A stretch of DNA of 64,000 nt from positions 102,362,001-102,426,000 of the forward strand of contig NC_043006.1 of the NCBI RefSeq assembly GCF_006345805.1. Reading direction: 5' to 3'. Below, one piece after another: positions 35,893 through 48,069 of this stretch. A model generated the notes under the pieces. That model saw only the letters and a program-made list of their open reading frames with translations. It made no database searches and was not told where the DNA came from. A program made the position numbers and the translations under genes. Origin of the DNA: Octopus sinensis. Its lineage: Eukaryota. Each line of letters starts with the position of its first letter. The first letter of the stretch is position 1.

Positions 35893-36559
35893 TATATATA
35901 TATATAGGTCTTATGGCATAGGTTTAAGTCCTGATTGGCTACACATTCAAGAACATCACATGTTTTTACTCACCTGTGGCTAAGCGTTCTAGTTGGTTGA
36001 CCACTTGAGTGCATCATTTGTTTATCATATGTTCTTGTTACTTATTACTATTGACAGTAGTCCAGCATTCTGGTTGGTTGGCTGCCTGGAGTCATTTCTC
36101 ATCTCTCCTGGTCACATTTTTAATCCAATAGTACCCTATTGCTCTTGTTGGTTGATTTTTTCGTGGCCACCATTTCTTTATTAAATGTGTTGGTCACTTG
36201 TTTTGTCTAACAGTTGTCCTACTTGAGTGCCCCTCCACCCCCACCTTAAGATGCCATTTATTTTTCTGGTGCCACGGTCAACTCAGTATTTAACAGCATT
36301 ATTTGTTTTATCTTTTTATTTTTTCTCTGTGAGTCCAGTTTTAACCAAAAACAAAGTCCAATTGGTCAATCCTGTGCTGAACAAGTGTAATTACACAATC
36401 ATTTGCAGTTAGGGCATTGAATCCTAGCAGAAGCCCTTTACCTCAACTTTTCATTTACTTTTATCATTTTTACTGTTTCTAGTTGTTTTTAGTTGAGTCA
36501 AATAAACATTGTTTTCCTCATTCTATTGTGATGTTATAAAGTATTTAGTTTTGGTTTAT

Positions 36560-38900
36560 ATTTCTAAATAAACATATTTCTGTATTTAATCAGAACTGGT
36601 TGATGTCCCCAATGTATTGAAATAGAGGGAACTTTTGGTATTTGGCTGTTTGCTTGATGAGCAAAATCTAGATTGTTCTGGTCCTCAGGACTCAGATCTG
36701 TTGGTAGAGTACCATGATTCTGTGTCTCAGAGTTATTTAGATCTGAACTTGATTGGTGACATTATTTACTCTCCTATAACATCACTACAATTTTTTTCTG
36801 CTGGACCAAATCTCAATTTTTTTAATGCCAAAATGAAGCTAGGGACCAGTCCTCTTCAAAAAGTTAACAGTTTTTCATTTGGTTAAGAACGGAATTAGCG
36901 ATAAGCTCTGAAAGATACTGCATGTGAGAAAATTGTGGTCTTAAGAATATTACTCAACTACTACCATAGTTGAATGATGTGTCAAAATAAAGGGCAAAGT
37001 ATTAAGTAGGTGTGTCTTGATTTCGTAATTCTTTAAAGTCTATAATTTTTGCTTGTTGTATTCCATTACTAATTAGAGTTACTAGATATTGTCTATCAAG
37101 TAATCTTTATATATAAAAGTGAGGTTGTGTGCTGTCTGTCTCCTACGATTTAGATTCCTAACTACTCCCACATTTTGCGGTGCAGTTTAACCAAAACCGG
37201 GTATCTTATAGTCGTGATTCATATCGAGCCCTTCTGGGTATTAGCGCGCGTCTACGATTTAAAAAAAAATTTACCATCAATTTTTCCCATTTTTAATGCA
37301 TTTTTGGCATATATAAGGGAAGTAACTCTCTAAAAATTTATTAAATCTCAGAACGTAAAAAGCTACAGTAACACCCCCCTTTTTGGTTAGCCATATTGAG
37401 ATGGCTATTATACTTTACATCTCTAAAAATGCTTATATAGTTATTTCCCTTACAAACCCGAGCAACGCCGGGCGATACTGCTAGTATATTAATAAATTCT
37501 TAAAGTCATTTCTCCTGGTTTTTAGGAGTGGATAGCATTGTTCAGATTCTTCTTGCCAGGTTAAAAGGTATATTAATCTTCATGTTTAAGATGGTAGGAA
37601 ATAAATAATATTGTTTTGAATATATTGGTTTGAAGTAGATATTAGTTTCAATGTTCATATATCTTTTTATGATTAAGATGTCCAAGAAGGGTAGTTGTTC
37701 TTGACTGTATTCAATTGGGAATCAGATACTGTGGTTTGTACAAGGTTTTTAAACTTATAGAGTTGATCCAGTTGTATGTTCAGAGGCTGAAACAATCATC
37801 AAGGTAGCATTTCCAGTAGGTAAATAGGTATTTATAGAAGTTATTGTAAAATTTTTATTTGGAGTGTTCATATATTTGGACTGCTAAGTATGCCACAACA
37901 AGATTAGCATATGTGAGGGCTACTTCATGCCCATTGTAGTCCCTGATATTTGTCTGTTGATGTCACAGAAATTGAAAACTTTATTTTATAGGGTGAACTT
38001 TAATCCTTCAATGATATATTTTTTTGCCATTTGGTTCAGGTAGGTCATTTGAAAACTTTTCCTGACAGAATTGTATGGCTTCTAATCTGTATTCATATAG
38101 AATAGTGGTGTAGAGATTTGCCACATCAAATCAGACAAAAAGAGTGTCTGTTTTGGTTTTATTTGGAAAATGGTCCAGAAAGATGAAATGCTTTCTTATG
38201 AAGCTTGATATATGTTTAAGAATAGGATTTAAAAGTATATAAATAAGGTTACTAAGTTTCACAAGATGGCTCTGCTACAGTTAGTCTTAATTTGTTGTTT
38301 TGCTCTTGTGAACTTTTTGGGGTCCATAAAAGTTGCTGATTTTGTATTCAAATCTCATTGAATAGTCTCTGTTTCCTTCTGTTAAGTCCTTTTGGAACTG
38401 CTGGATGAAGGTTGTGAGTTTCTTCATCATTGTAGATTGTTGGTAATTTTTTTCCTTTTCATAACTGCTGTTGTCACAAAGTTGAGATAGTACAATGGTT
38501 TTGTAATGTTCTGAGTTTGTAATGACTACAGCACTACCTTTATCAACTTCTTTGATAACTATATTGTGGTCATTCTTTAGACCATTGGTAACTTTTTCCC
38601 CATTCATTTTGCCTGGTATCTTATCTAAATATCAGATGAGGTAATAAATAATAAGGAAAATCACATAATTTGTCTCCTACATTTTACTGGTCTGTAGTTA
38701 TTTTTATTGTGAAACATTGATTCGTCATTAATTCTTTTGTCGAATAATTCTGTTTGGAGTAATTTTCAACAAAATTCCAAAACAGATTTCTAAACCACAG
38801 GCAGAAAAAGACATGTGATATCCTTGAATAAGAAACCAATCAAGACTTGAACCTTCAGCTTAAAACCTATACATACTAAGCAATATTGGCCTGAAACATC
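36560..38900 (-). mobile_element. Decayed PLE (RT plus GIY-YIG remnant), split by a Helitron
   Basis: LKNDHNIVIKEVDKGSAVVI...ISNFYGPQKVHKSK (ORF 38287-38607), FDVANLYTTI, QISGTTMG, WKCYLDDCF, LPFLDILI, INIPFNLARRI. LRHRIMVLYQQI at ~36700 resembles the EN region. Confidence 0.85.
37104..37484 (+). mobile_element. Non-autonomous Helitron-type element
   Basis: A|TCTTTATATATAAAAG...CCCGAGCAACGCCGGGCGATACTGCTAG|T; near-identical to 7627-8024. Confidence 0.9.
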
Positions 38901-39023
38901 ATTCTAGTCCCATGAATAAAGCAAATGATGAACAATTTTCCTTCACACAATACAAGAGAACTTGTAAAAAAAATTTTTTTTTATTCCTTAAAACCTCCAG
39001 CATATCTAATTGCTGACATAACT

Positions 39024-39185
39024 TATTGCTTTGAAACCTATTGAACTTTCAAATTTCTATCATGTATTATTGCTATGAAATTTATCGAACCTTTAAGCTT
39101 TCATCATTTCCTATTGCTGTGAAACTTATTGAATTCTTGAATTTTCCTCATGTAATTTTGCTATGAAACCTATTTAACATTTGAT
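39024..39185. repeat. 44-bp tandem repeat, about 3.7 diverged units
   Basis: tattgctatgaaacYtattgaa... restarts at 39024, 39068, 39112 and 39156. Confidence 0.8.
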
Positions 39186-39371
39186 TTTTTTTTTTTAGTA
39201 TATTTTACTGCTATGGAACTTTCTCTTGTGCATTCTCTTTCTTTAAAACTTTTATCTTTCATTTTATTATTTTTTTATTTCATATTTACCATTGAAAAAC
39301 AAAAATAATTGTTGAAACAAGTTTGGTATTTTAATAAGATTTTAAAAAAGACTTTGAAAAATTACAACTTG

Positions 39372-39505
39372 GTTTAACACCTAGCTGCATTGTTAGGAAG
39401 CTTGCTTTGCATCCATGTAGTTTTAGGTTCAGTCCTAACATACAGCACCGTAGACAAGTGTCTTCTGCTACAGCCCCAAGCTGACCAGTGCATTGGGAGG
39501 TGGAA
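39372..39505 (+). mobile_element. SINE family C 5' half, diverged
   Basis: gttaggaagcttgctttgcatccatgtagttttaggttcagtcc...gacaagtgtcttctgcta. Confidence 0.65.
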
Positions 39506-39527
39506 GGCCATCAGGTATATATATATA

Positions 39528-39559
<32 letters not shown>

Positions 39560-39684
39560 GATAGAAATGGTAAAGCAACAAAGGAATGAAAGAGACCTTG
39601 ATATTATGTAAATAGAGGAATTTAAAACTTTTGGAGAAAATTCTTTGTCTGTAAACGTAATATGGGACAATTATTCAATAGCCA

Positions 39685-39718
<34 letters not shown>

Positions 39719-39723
<5 letters not shown>

Positions 39724-39870
39724 AAATCAGAAAATGGAGAAACACATCTTAATCAATGATCAACTACCAGATAATACCCAATCACATAATTTAATAATTA
39801 TGTAATTGGGTATTATCTGGTAGTTGATCATTGATTAAGATGTATTTCTCCATTTCCTTATTTTTTGTAT
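39719..39870. repeat. Near-perfect ~140-nt foldback hairpin element
   Basis: 68-bp arms (39723-39790 and 39797-39864), 4 mismatches, 39 contiguous perfect pairs, 6-nt loop ttaata, next to (TA)n. Confidence 0.92.
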
Positions 39871-40948
39871 TATTAATTTGTGGTATAACATTTTATCTTT
39901 GCCCATATAATACAATAAATTAATTAATTGCATCGCAATTCTTAACATTTATGTATTACTTTGTTGGGTACTTCACTAGCAGTATATTGGATATATGTTA
40001 TCCCATGGAGGGTTGCATTTACAACCCCTATCTCAATTTGTATATATATATATATAAATGTGTGTGTCTGTGCTTGTATTTGTCTCCCACCATCACTTGA
40101 CAACTGGTTTTGGTTTATTTTTACGTCCCGCTTCAGCAAAAGGGATCACTAAAGTAAGTGTCTGATTTAAAATTATGTCCTGGAGACAAATTGTTTACCC
40201 AAACCCTTAAAGCAATGCCCCAGCATAGCTGCAGTACAATGACTGACACAAGTAAAATATAGAAGTTAAGTGTGTGTACACATGTGCATGTGTGTGTGTA
40301 TTTGTTTATATTTTCCAGAAATCACTCGATTTCTTGAAAGAATGGTAAGAGTTAATGACAGGAAGGGTATCTGGCCTCAGTAATATGTCTGTTTTATCCC
40401 ATGCAAGCATAAGGCAAAATGGATGTAAAAATGAATGAATGAACGAAATATCTCACTTACTTGGTAATTTGTTAACAAATAAAATACAAACAAAAATGCA
40501 AATTTGTAAATATTTTCCACAAAGAGTTTCCTTTTTTTTTCTTATTTCCTCAGGTATAACATTTGTATGTGTGTATACATAAATATTTCTGAGAAGGTTG
40601 ATTCTAAATAGATGTATTTAACATGTCCAATATGCATGTAATAGCTTTTTGCTTTTGTTATTTTGTATTTCAATTGTGATGGGAAAATGCAATAAATGAT
40701 GTAAAGACAGTTTGGGACATTTTTGCCCAACTTAGTGAATGGATATTTGCAGCTGTTCTATCCTGAAAAACAAATATTACACATGGTAAAGACAACTCTC
40801 ATTCTCCCACTCATTCGTTCTTTCTTTTTTCTCTCCCTTTCTCTCTTACTCTTTTGCACCATCTTTCTCTCATTTGCTCTTTCTCTCTCTATTTCTTTCC
40901 TTCGTTCTCTCTGTATCTCTCCTCTACTTTCTCATTCCTTTCCCAACT

Positions 40949-41140
40949 CTCTCTCTCTCTTTCTCTTCCTCACTCTGTTTCTTTCCTTCATTCTCTCTCT
41001 TCTTCACTCTCTCTCTCTCTTTCTCTTCCTCACTCTGTTTCTTTCCTTCATTCTTTCTCTTCTTCACTCTCTCTCTCTCTTTCTCTTCCTCACTCTGTTT
41101 CTTTCCTTAATTCTTTCTCTTCTTCACTCTCTCTCTCTCT
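40949..41140. repeat. 60-bp polypyrimidine tandem repeat, about 3 units
   Basis: ctctctctctttctcttcctcactctgtttctttccttcattctYtctcttcttcactct repeats with an exact 60-nt period. Confidence 0.9.
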
Positions 41141-41430
41141 CTTTCTCTCCCCCATAACCTCATTCTCTTTGCTTTCCTCCATTCTCTCTTTCTCATATAC
41201 ACACAAACACATAAATTCGATATTTAATACACATATTTATTTATCAGAATATCAGATATTGGATATTCATGGATGACAGAAGTCAAATTGTCATAAGAAT
41301 ACAAATAGTAAAAAAAAAATCTCACTCTCCACATTACACAACACAATTGTCACCTAGCACTATTATGGCAACTCTCACACACACACACACACATATACTA
41401 CACAACAAATAGAGGAAATAATAAAAGAAT

Positions 41431-41623
41431 CATCATCATCATCATCATTGTTTAGTGTCTGTTTTCCATGCTAGCATGGGTTGGACAGTTCGACCAGGGT
41501 CTGGGAAGCCAGGAGGCTGCACCAGGCTCCAGTCTGATCTGGCAGTGTTTCTACAGCTGGATGCCCTTCCTAACGCCAACCACTCCGAGAATGTAGTGGG
41601 TGCTTTTTACGTGCCACCGGCAC
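41431..41623 (-). mobile_element. RTE 3' tail fragment ((GAT)n family)
   Basis: Close match to the 9911 and 33266 copies. Confidence 0.85.
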
Positions 41624-41626
41624 AGT

Positions 41627-41790
41627 TTTAAGTTTGTCCTACTGTTTATGCCAATTTCAAACATTGGCTTCATCAACATTAGAATGCCTTCCAGCAGCTC
41701 TATTGCCATGCTCCATTGCATATTCAACAATATTTAATTTCTCCTTCACAGTAAACGATTCGTAAGTTCTGCCCATACTGGTAATGACAA
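41627..41790 (-). mobile_element. pogo-type transposase N-terminal HTH (Brinker-like) fragment
   Basis: MGRTYESFTVKEKLNIVEYAMEHGNRAAGRHSNVDEANV*NWHKQ*DKL (ATG at 41776) resembles the YTAxFKLKVxxxAExxGNRAAxRxFxVxExxVRxWRKQ pattern. Contains stops. Confidence 0.7.
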
Positions 41791-42001
41791 CTTTTTAAGT
41801 TTGCTTGACATTTCATAAGTGTGAAAGGGATTAAAATTTTGATACTCTGTATCAAAGGTTCTGACAAGAATAGGCAAAAGATCAGAACTTGGACAAGAAG
41901 ATGCTTCCACGAATCAGAATTCTATTTACATAATCAGTTTGATCGGTCGCCTTCCTCTGTCAGTTGAGTCAAGTGTCATCCAGGCTGATGTTTATTGGTA
42001 A

Positions 42002-42385
42002 CTAGCAGTATCGCCCGGCGTTGCTCGGGTTTGTAAGGGAAATAACTATAAAGCATTTTTAGAGAGTTATAGCCAAAAAATAGCAAAAAAATGGGAAAAA
42101 AATTATGGTAAATTTTTTTTGATAGTTAAAAAGGTCGAGTTGCGTCCCCTAGACCATCTGTGGTTTGTGTTTCTGATTGTCGACCCCATGTCGAATTTAT
42201 CGATTTTTTTCAGAACTGGGGGAACTTTTCAAAATTTTCGCTGCGTTAGTTTTGAATTATGACATTGGGCTATGTGTGTGTCAAGTTTCATCAGAATCGG
42301 TTGAAAGCCGTGGTCAGGGTGAGGGTACAAGCAAACAGACACACAGAAACACGCACAGACAAACTGCCGTTTATATAGAGAGAGA
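42002..42385 (-). mobile_element. Non-autonomous Helitron-type element, variant body
   Basis: A|TCTCTCTCTATATAAACGG...same CCCGAGCAACGCCGGGCGATACTGCTAG|T 3' end as the other two, but a different internal sequence. Confidence 0.85.
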
Positions 42386-42774
42386 TTAAGCTTAATTTGC
42401 AACACCTGTGCGTATTTATCAGCTTTGTTTTTGTTGATAATTCTTAACTTTTCTTGTGACCATGATTTGAGAAGGCATACAGCAGTAGGCTAAAGATTGG
42501 ACGTAATCTCTCGTGGCCAAGAAATGTCAAATCAATAAAACAAACACTTTGTAATTTAATAGTTTTTAATGTGATACTTGTTAAACAGAAATTATTTTTA
42601 TTTAATGAAAATTCAATAAAATCTAATCATAAGTAAAATTATGCTAAATACAACTAAATTGAAAACCTTTTCTGCCTGGCCATGCCAGCAATTCTGAAAG
42701 CTTTTGGGTGCGAATTTTACATGAGTAGAAGCTTTTTTTAACAAATTTTATCCTGAAAATCACCTGTGTAAATT

Positions 42775-42940
42775 ACACACAACAGGCTTCTTTCAGTTTC
42801 CGTCTACCAAATCCACTCACAAGGTTTTGGTCAGCCCAAGGCTATAGTAGAAGACACTTGCTCAAGATGCCATGCAGTGGGACTGAACCCAGAACCATGT
42901 GGTTGGGAAGCAAGCTTCTTACCACACAGCCACTCTTGTG
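42775..42940 (-). mobile_element. SINE family C 5' half
   Basis: Reverse complement of gagtggctgtgtggtaagaagcttgcttcccaaccacatggttctgggttcagtcccactgc...ggaaactgaaagaagcc. Confidence 0.85.
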
Positions 42941-42995
42941 CTACTCATTGCATTCTTTTTTAATAGAAATATTTTAGTAACAAGGATAATAAAAT

Positions 42996-44016
42996 AATAC
43001 CAGTGAACAGACAGAATTGTTTGAGTATTGGGAAACGCTCCTTGCAGTATTTCTGTCGACTCTTTTCATTCTGAGTTCAAATCAACTTTGCTTTCATCAT
43101 TTCAGGATCAATAACATAAAGTACCAGTCAGCTACTGACAAAGCAACCTTTCCTCAAAATTGCTGGCCTTGTGCCTAAATCAGAAACCATTATACTATCT
43201 GGGGACAACCAGCTGGTAGAATTGTTAGAGTGTTTACAGTATTTGTTCTTGCTCCTTATGTTCCAAGTTCAAACCCCGTTGAGGTTACCTTTACCTTTCA
43301 TCCTAGTGGGTAAAAAAAGTGAAGTACCAGTCAAGTACTAGGAGCTTAGTAGCTTTTCGTCTGTACTTACATTTTGAGTTCAAATCCCACCAAGGTCAAC
43401 TTTGCTTTTCATTGTTTCAGGGTCGATAAATTAAGTACCAGTGGAATACTGGGGTCGATGTACTCAACTAGTCCCCTCTACCAAATTTCAGGCCTTATGT
43501 CTTTAGTAGAAAGGATTAGTATTTTGCCCATTACTACATTTTAAGTTCAACCTCTGCAGAGGTCAACTTCGCCTTTCATCCTTTTGGGATTGATAAATTA
43601 AGTACCAGTGGAATACTGGGGTCGATGTACTCAACTAGTCCCCTCTACCAAATTTCAGGCCTTATGTCTTTAGTAGAAAGGATTAGTATTTTGCCCATTA
43701 CTACATTTTAAGTTCAACCTCTGCAGAGGTCAACTTCGCCTTTCATCCTTTTGGGATTGATAAATTAAGTACCAGTGGAATACTGGGGTCGATGTACTCA
43801 ACTAGTCCCCTCTACCAAATTTCAGGCCTTATGTCTTTAGTAGAAAGGATTAGTATTTTGCCCATTACTACATTTTAAGTTCAACCTCTGCAGAGGTCAA
43901 CTTCGCCTTTCATCCTTTTGGGATTGATAAATTAAGTACCAGTGGAATACTGGGGTCGATGTACTTGACTAGTTCCCTCTCCCAAAATTTCAGGCCTTGT
44001 GCCTTTAGTAGAAAGG
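42996..44016 (+). repeat. Cluster of SINE family B copies ending in a 167-bp tandem array
   Basis: Diverged copies at ~42996-43190 and ~43205-43330, then ttaagtaccagtggaatac... restarting at 43431, 43598, 43765 and 43932 (period 167). Confidence 0.9.
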
Positions 44017-47000
44017 ATAATTATTATTATTATTCAGTAGTCTTATTTTTATCATGTGCTTTCACTGCACTACCAAGTGCAGCTCTGTGTTCCTTGGGTA
44101 TGTGCTGTGGTTTGCTGTAATATTCTTATTTTCACTGTATTGAAAGTGTTTTATGTAGGATGTGTGCAGTGCCTAGTAGTGCTATTATCTGTATGTTACA
44201 TACATTTGTAAGTCTTGGTATTTTGGTTGTGTGTTTGTCTGAACGTTTTTTAATCATCCCTAATGCACTTATTATTATAGAGATTGTTTCTGTTTTTAGC
44301 TCCACATTAAAGTTACCTCTATTTCCAGATCCTTGCATTTTGAGAGTTTCTCAGTTTCATTTAAAGATAAAATGTCATCTGTTGGTATCAATACATCAAT
44401 TAGAAGACATTTTTATTCTTGGTGATCCCTGACAACTATGTCTCATCTATTAGCTTTGATTTTTCTATCAGTGTGTATTGGTATATCCCAGTGTATGGTT
44501 GTTTGTCATTTTCTGAGACCTTTTCTAGGGTGTGCCCATACCATCTTTTTTCTGTTGTCATTCCATAGTGTTGGCATAGTTTCCAGTGTATATAACTCCC
44601 AACTCTGTCATGTCTGTGAATATTCCTTCTTAACCAATTCTAGGCAGCAAGAGACAATGATTTACTATTGCTTCACCATCACATATTCTGCATTTACTTG
44701 TATTTTTTTTTAATTATGTGCTTTTAGTGACTTCTGTTGGTATTCATACATCAATTAGAAGGCATTTTTATTCTTAGGGATCTCTGAAAACTATATCTCA
44801 TCTATTAGCCTTGATTTCTCTATCTGTGTGTATTGGCATATCCCAGAGGATGGTTGCTTTGTCATTTTCTGAGACCCTTTCTGGACACACCTCAGAAAAG
44901 GCTTTGATCTTGTGCTACAATTAAAAATCCTTCAATCACTGCATTGAGTCCTTAGCTTCTCAACCATTCTTGGGATTTTACTTTGTCTATTTCTTTTCTA
45001 TATAGCTTATCCCAATGTTTAGCAATGTAAGGGCTTCTCTTGCCATCGATTTATCATGATATACTGATGTTCCAGTTTTACTTGGAATTTCGGTTGTTTT
45101 ACAGCTTTTTTGTTTCTTATTTTCCTTCACATTTGTCAGGTATTATGACTGCTTTCTTGTATTTTTCAGCTTCCTTAAAAAACAGAAAACAGTTCTTTGT
45201 TTTGCTCATGTTTTCTGACTATTTGTACCAGTTTTCCTTGCTTCTGAATTAGGTATTTCTGTAATCCTATGGTGGTTATTTTATAATAGTTTTCTAGCAG
45301 CATAAGGCCTCTACCACCTTCAATAACTTTTCTACGTCAGATTTTGGGTTGTGCATCCAAAATTCTGTTTTTATTTTTCTTGCTTTCTTGTCTAGTTTGG
45401 TTACTTCATTTAAAGTCCAATTAAGAATATTGTAGCTGTGACTTATAACTGGAACAGCTAGAGTATTGATACCTATTATCTTGTTTTTCGCATTGAACTC
45501 TGTTTTAAGTATTAATTTAACACATCTATAGTATTCCTTTCTTATCTTCTCTTTCATTTGTGTGTGTTGTACCATATCTAGTTCATTGATTCCTAAGTAT
45601 TTGTATGTCTAGCTTTGGTCTAATTCTCTTACTTCATTTGTTTTATCTAGTGTGATATTGTTACTCTTAACTAGTTTTCCTCTTTCCAAGGTTACTTTCT
45701 ACACTGAATTTCATGTTTACTTCTTTGGTAAATCCATACACTGTCTGTACCAATGTTTCCAGCTGTTTGTCATTTACAGCATGCAGTTTTAGATCATCCG
45801 TATACAAGAGACGGTTGATTGTTTTGCCATTAACAGCTGTATCCATATCCAGTTCTATTTAGCATGTCAGATAAAGGTGTCAGTGCCATGCAGAAAAGAA
45901 GTGGAGAGAGCACATCTCCCCTGGAATATTCCTCTTCTAATGGGGATAGCTTTAGCTTTTATGAGTCCCTCTTTTGTCTGAAGTTGCAGCACTTTTTGCC
46001 ATTTATTCATGGAATGTTTTATATGTTTTATGGTTATTGGTGCTACCTTGTTCATGGCTAGAGTTTCCAGGATCCATGTGTGGGGAATACTGTCAAAAGC
46101 CTTTCAATAATCGATTCAAGCCTATGGCTTGATCAATAACTGATCTTTACATCCATATGAATCTTTGCAGCATCGCTCTTGCTGTTCTGAAAACACATTG
46201 TTTTCTTCCAGATGTTTGCCCATGCTCTGTGATATTATTGCAGTTAAAGCTGTATAAATTGTAGAGAGACAAGTGATTGGTGTGTAGTTTTGTGGGTTTT
46301 CCGTTTCAGTAGATTTGGGAAATAGGATAGTTTTCCCTTCCGTGAGCCATTCAGGCATTGTTTCTGGCTCTTCTAGTATCTCATTGAATTTCTTGGCCAG
46401 CATCTTATGTACTCCTGTTAGATATTTTAACCAGAAATTGGGGATCTTGTCATACCCAGGTGCCTCCCAGTTGCTTAGTTCTTGCAATGCCTGGGTGACC
46501 TCTTCTGTTGTTATAGGAGTCCAGAGTTGTTCAGATGCTGTATTTGTTATTTTGATAGATCTTTTCTGAGGTTGTTCCTTCGCCGACCATACTTCTTTCC
46601 AAAATTCTTCCACTTCTCCTACTGTTGGTACTGCATTAATCTCTATTTTATTTTGGCCAAGTTCTTGGTAGAATCTTTTTGGATTCTAGTTGAACTGTTT
46701 GTTTCGTTCAAAGAATTGTTAGCGTTTCTCTTACCAACAGACTCTTTGTGCTTTGGTGAGGATATTTTGCTTCAGCTGTTCTTTTACCTCTGGTATACCT
46801 TGTTCTGTAATTTTGTATTTCCATAGTATTTTTCTTCTTTTTGTTGCTTAGTAGCATTGTTTGCCTACTAATTTCATCAAGGATTGACAGATCCTTTCTT
46901 TTATTTTCTATTCTTTTCTGGATATTATTTTTCCACAGATTTTGCTTAGATTGTGGTACTCCTAGATGGGTGGGTTTGAGAGAGTATCCAGCTTTTTTTG

Positions 47001-47890
47001 TAGCCACAGAGGCTGCTGCGTATATATAATATCATTTCACCTGGTCATATTGACATTTGTTTCCATTGCTATTAGTTCTGTGATTTAGGCCAGATTTAGG
47101 TTAATTATTACTGATGCTGTCTTATTATCAACTTTAATTTTGGGGAGGTACAATCAGCGGTCCATATTGAGATTTGTGGCTTTTAATTCCTTGATAATAC
47201 TCATTTTTAGAGTATCATAATCATGGATTCCACCTTTACTGTTTCCAGTTTTTAGATTTCTTCCACATTCCTTACATTTTTGCCTCTGCTATTCTGGTTT
47301 GGTGCCTTTTGCTCATCATTATCCATTCCTACAATCTGGGTTTGTTGTCTTTTGTTACTTACTTTGTATTTTACCGTTCCAGTACTTATGACATTATTTG
47401 GCATTGTTGTGAGGTCACTATCCACGTTTTCCTGATATATTTTCCTTTTAAGTGTTCTTTTTCAATTTCTGATTTTCTTTTTTTTATCGATACATCCAAA
47501 TCTCGGTTATTTTTCTTCCAGATTTTATACCTACATACTGTTGTGTTTTCGTTCTGTGAGTAGAGCACTGTTGTGAAATAAGCGTGTAGTATAGAAATAT
47601 ATTCCTCTGATTTTATTTGCGTGACGTGAGAAATAACGTCCGGCCCTTTATTTTGATGGTCATTATTTTCGTAGGGCACCGGTCCGTTCACTTCTGGTGT
47701 CAAATGGTTTTGCACGTCTAAGTTTTCGTACTTTTTTTGTGTAAGTTTAAAGTACGCACTTCCCGTTTGTTGTCCTTGGATTGAATAACACGGATATTAT
47801 TGAATTTATCCGTGTATGATGGTTGGGGACGGAAACGGTCTGTTGTTGATTTGAACCGTTGCGAATGATGCGGAGGGTTCGCAGTTATAA
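44016..47890 (-). mobile_element. Near full-length decayed R4/Dong-like (RLE-type) non-LTR retrotransposon
   Basis: In order on the minus strand: EEYISILHAYFTTVLY..YKIWKK (N-terminal region), WEAPGYDKIPNFWLK..NYTPITCLSTIY, RGIFQG, LLYTDDLKL, YKYLGINE, KEYYRCVKLILKTEFNAKNKIIGINTLAVPV, CLLIDVLIP..EKLSKCKDLEIEV..ALGMI..ALLGTAHILHKTLSIQ*, 3' UTR, then (AAT)n. The 5' boundary is approximate. Confidence 0.9.
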
Positions 47891-48069
47891 TTCATCATTT
47901 CATTTGGAAAATAGAAATAAATTTTAGTGAGTATTACTTAACCGGGTATTTTCGATTATTTTAGGTTCCATTTGTTTGTTTTTATTCCCGATGTTTTGGG
48001 GTAGATTTCGCTCTCACATGTTAAACATCCCCGGTGTTCTCTATTAAACGTCCCCGATTATTATTAGGT

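Noticed and set aside
35960-36060. Perfect minus-strand donor CAG|GTGAGT at ~35970
   Set aside because: All upstream frames hit stops within about 25 codons and there is no pyrimidine-rich acceptor.
43390-44016. Regular repeat array resembling CRISPR
   Set aside because: The units are contiguous 167-bp SINE-derived repeats with no unique spacers, in a eukaryotic context with no cas genes.
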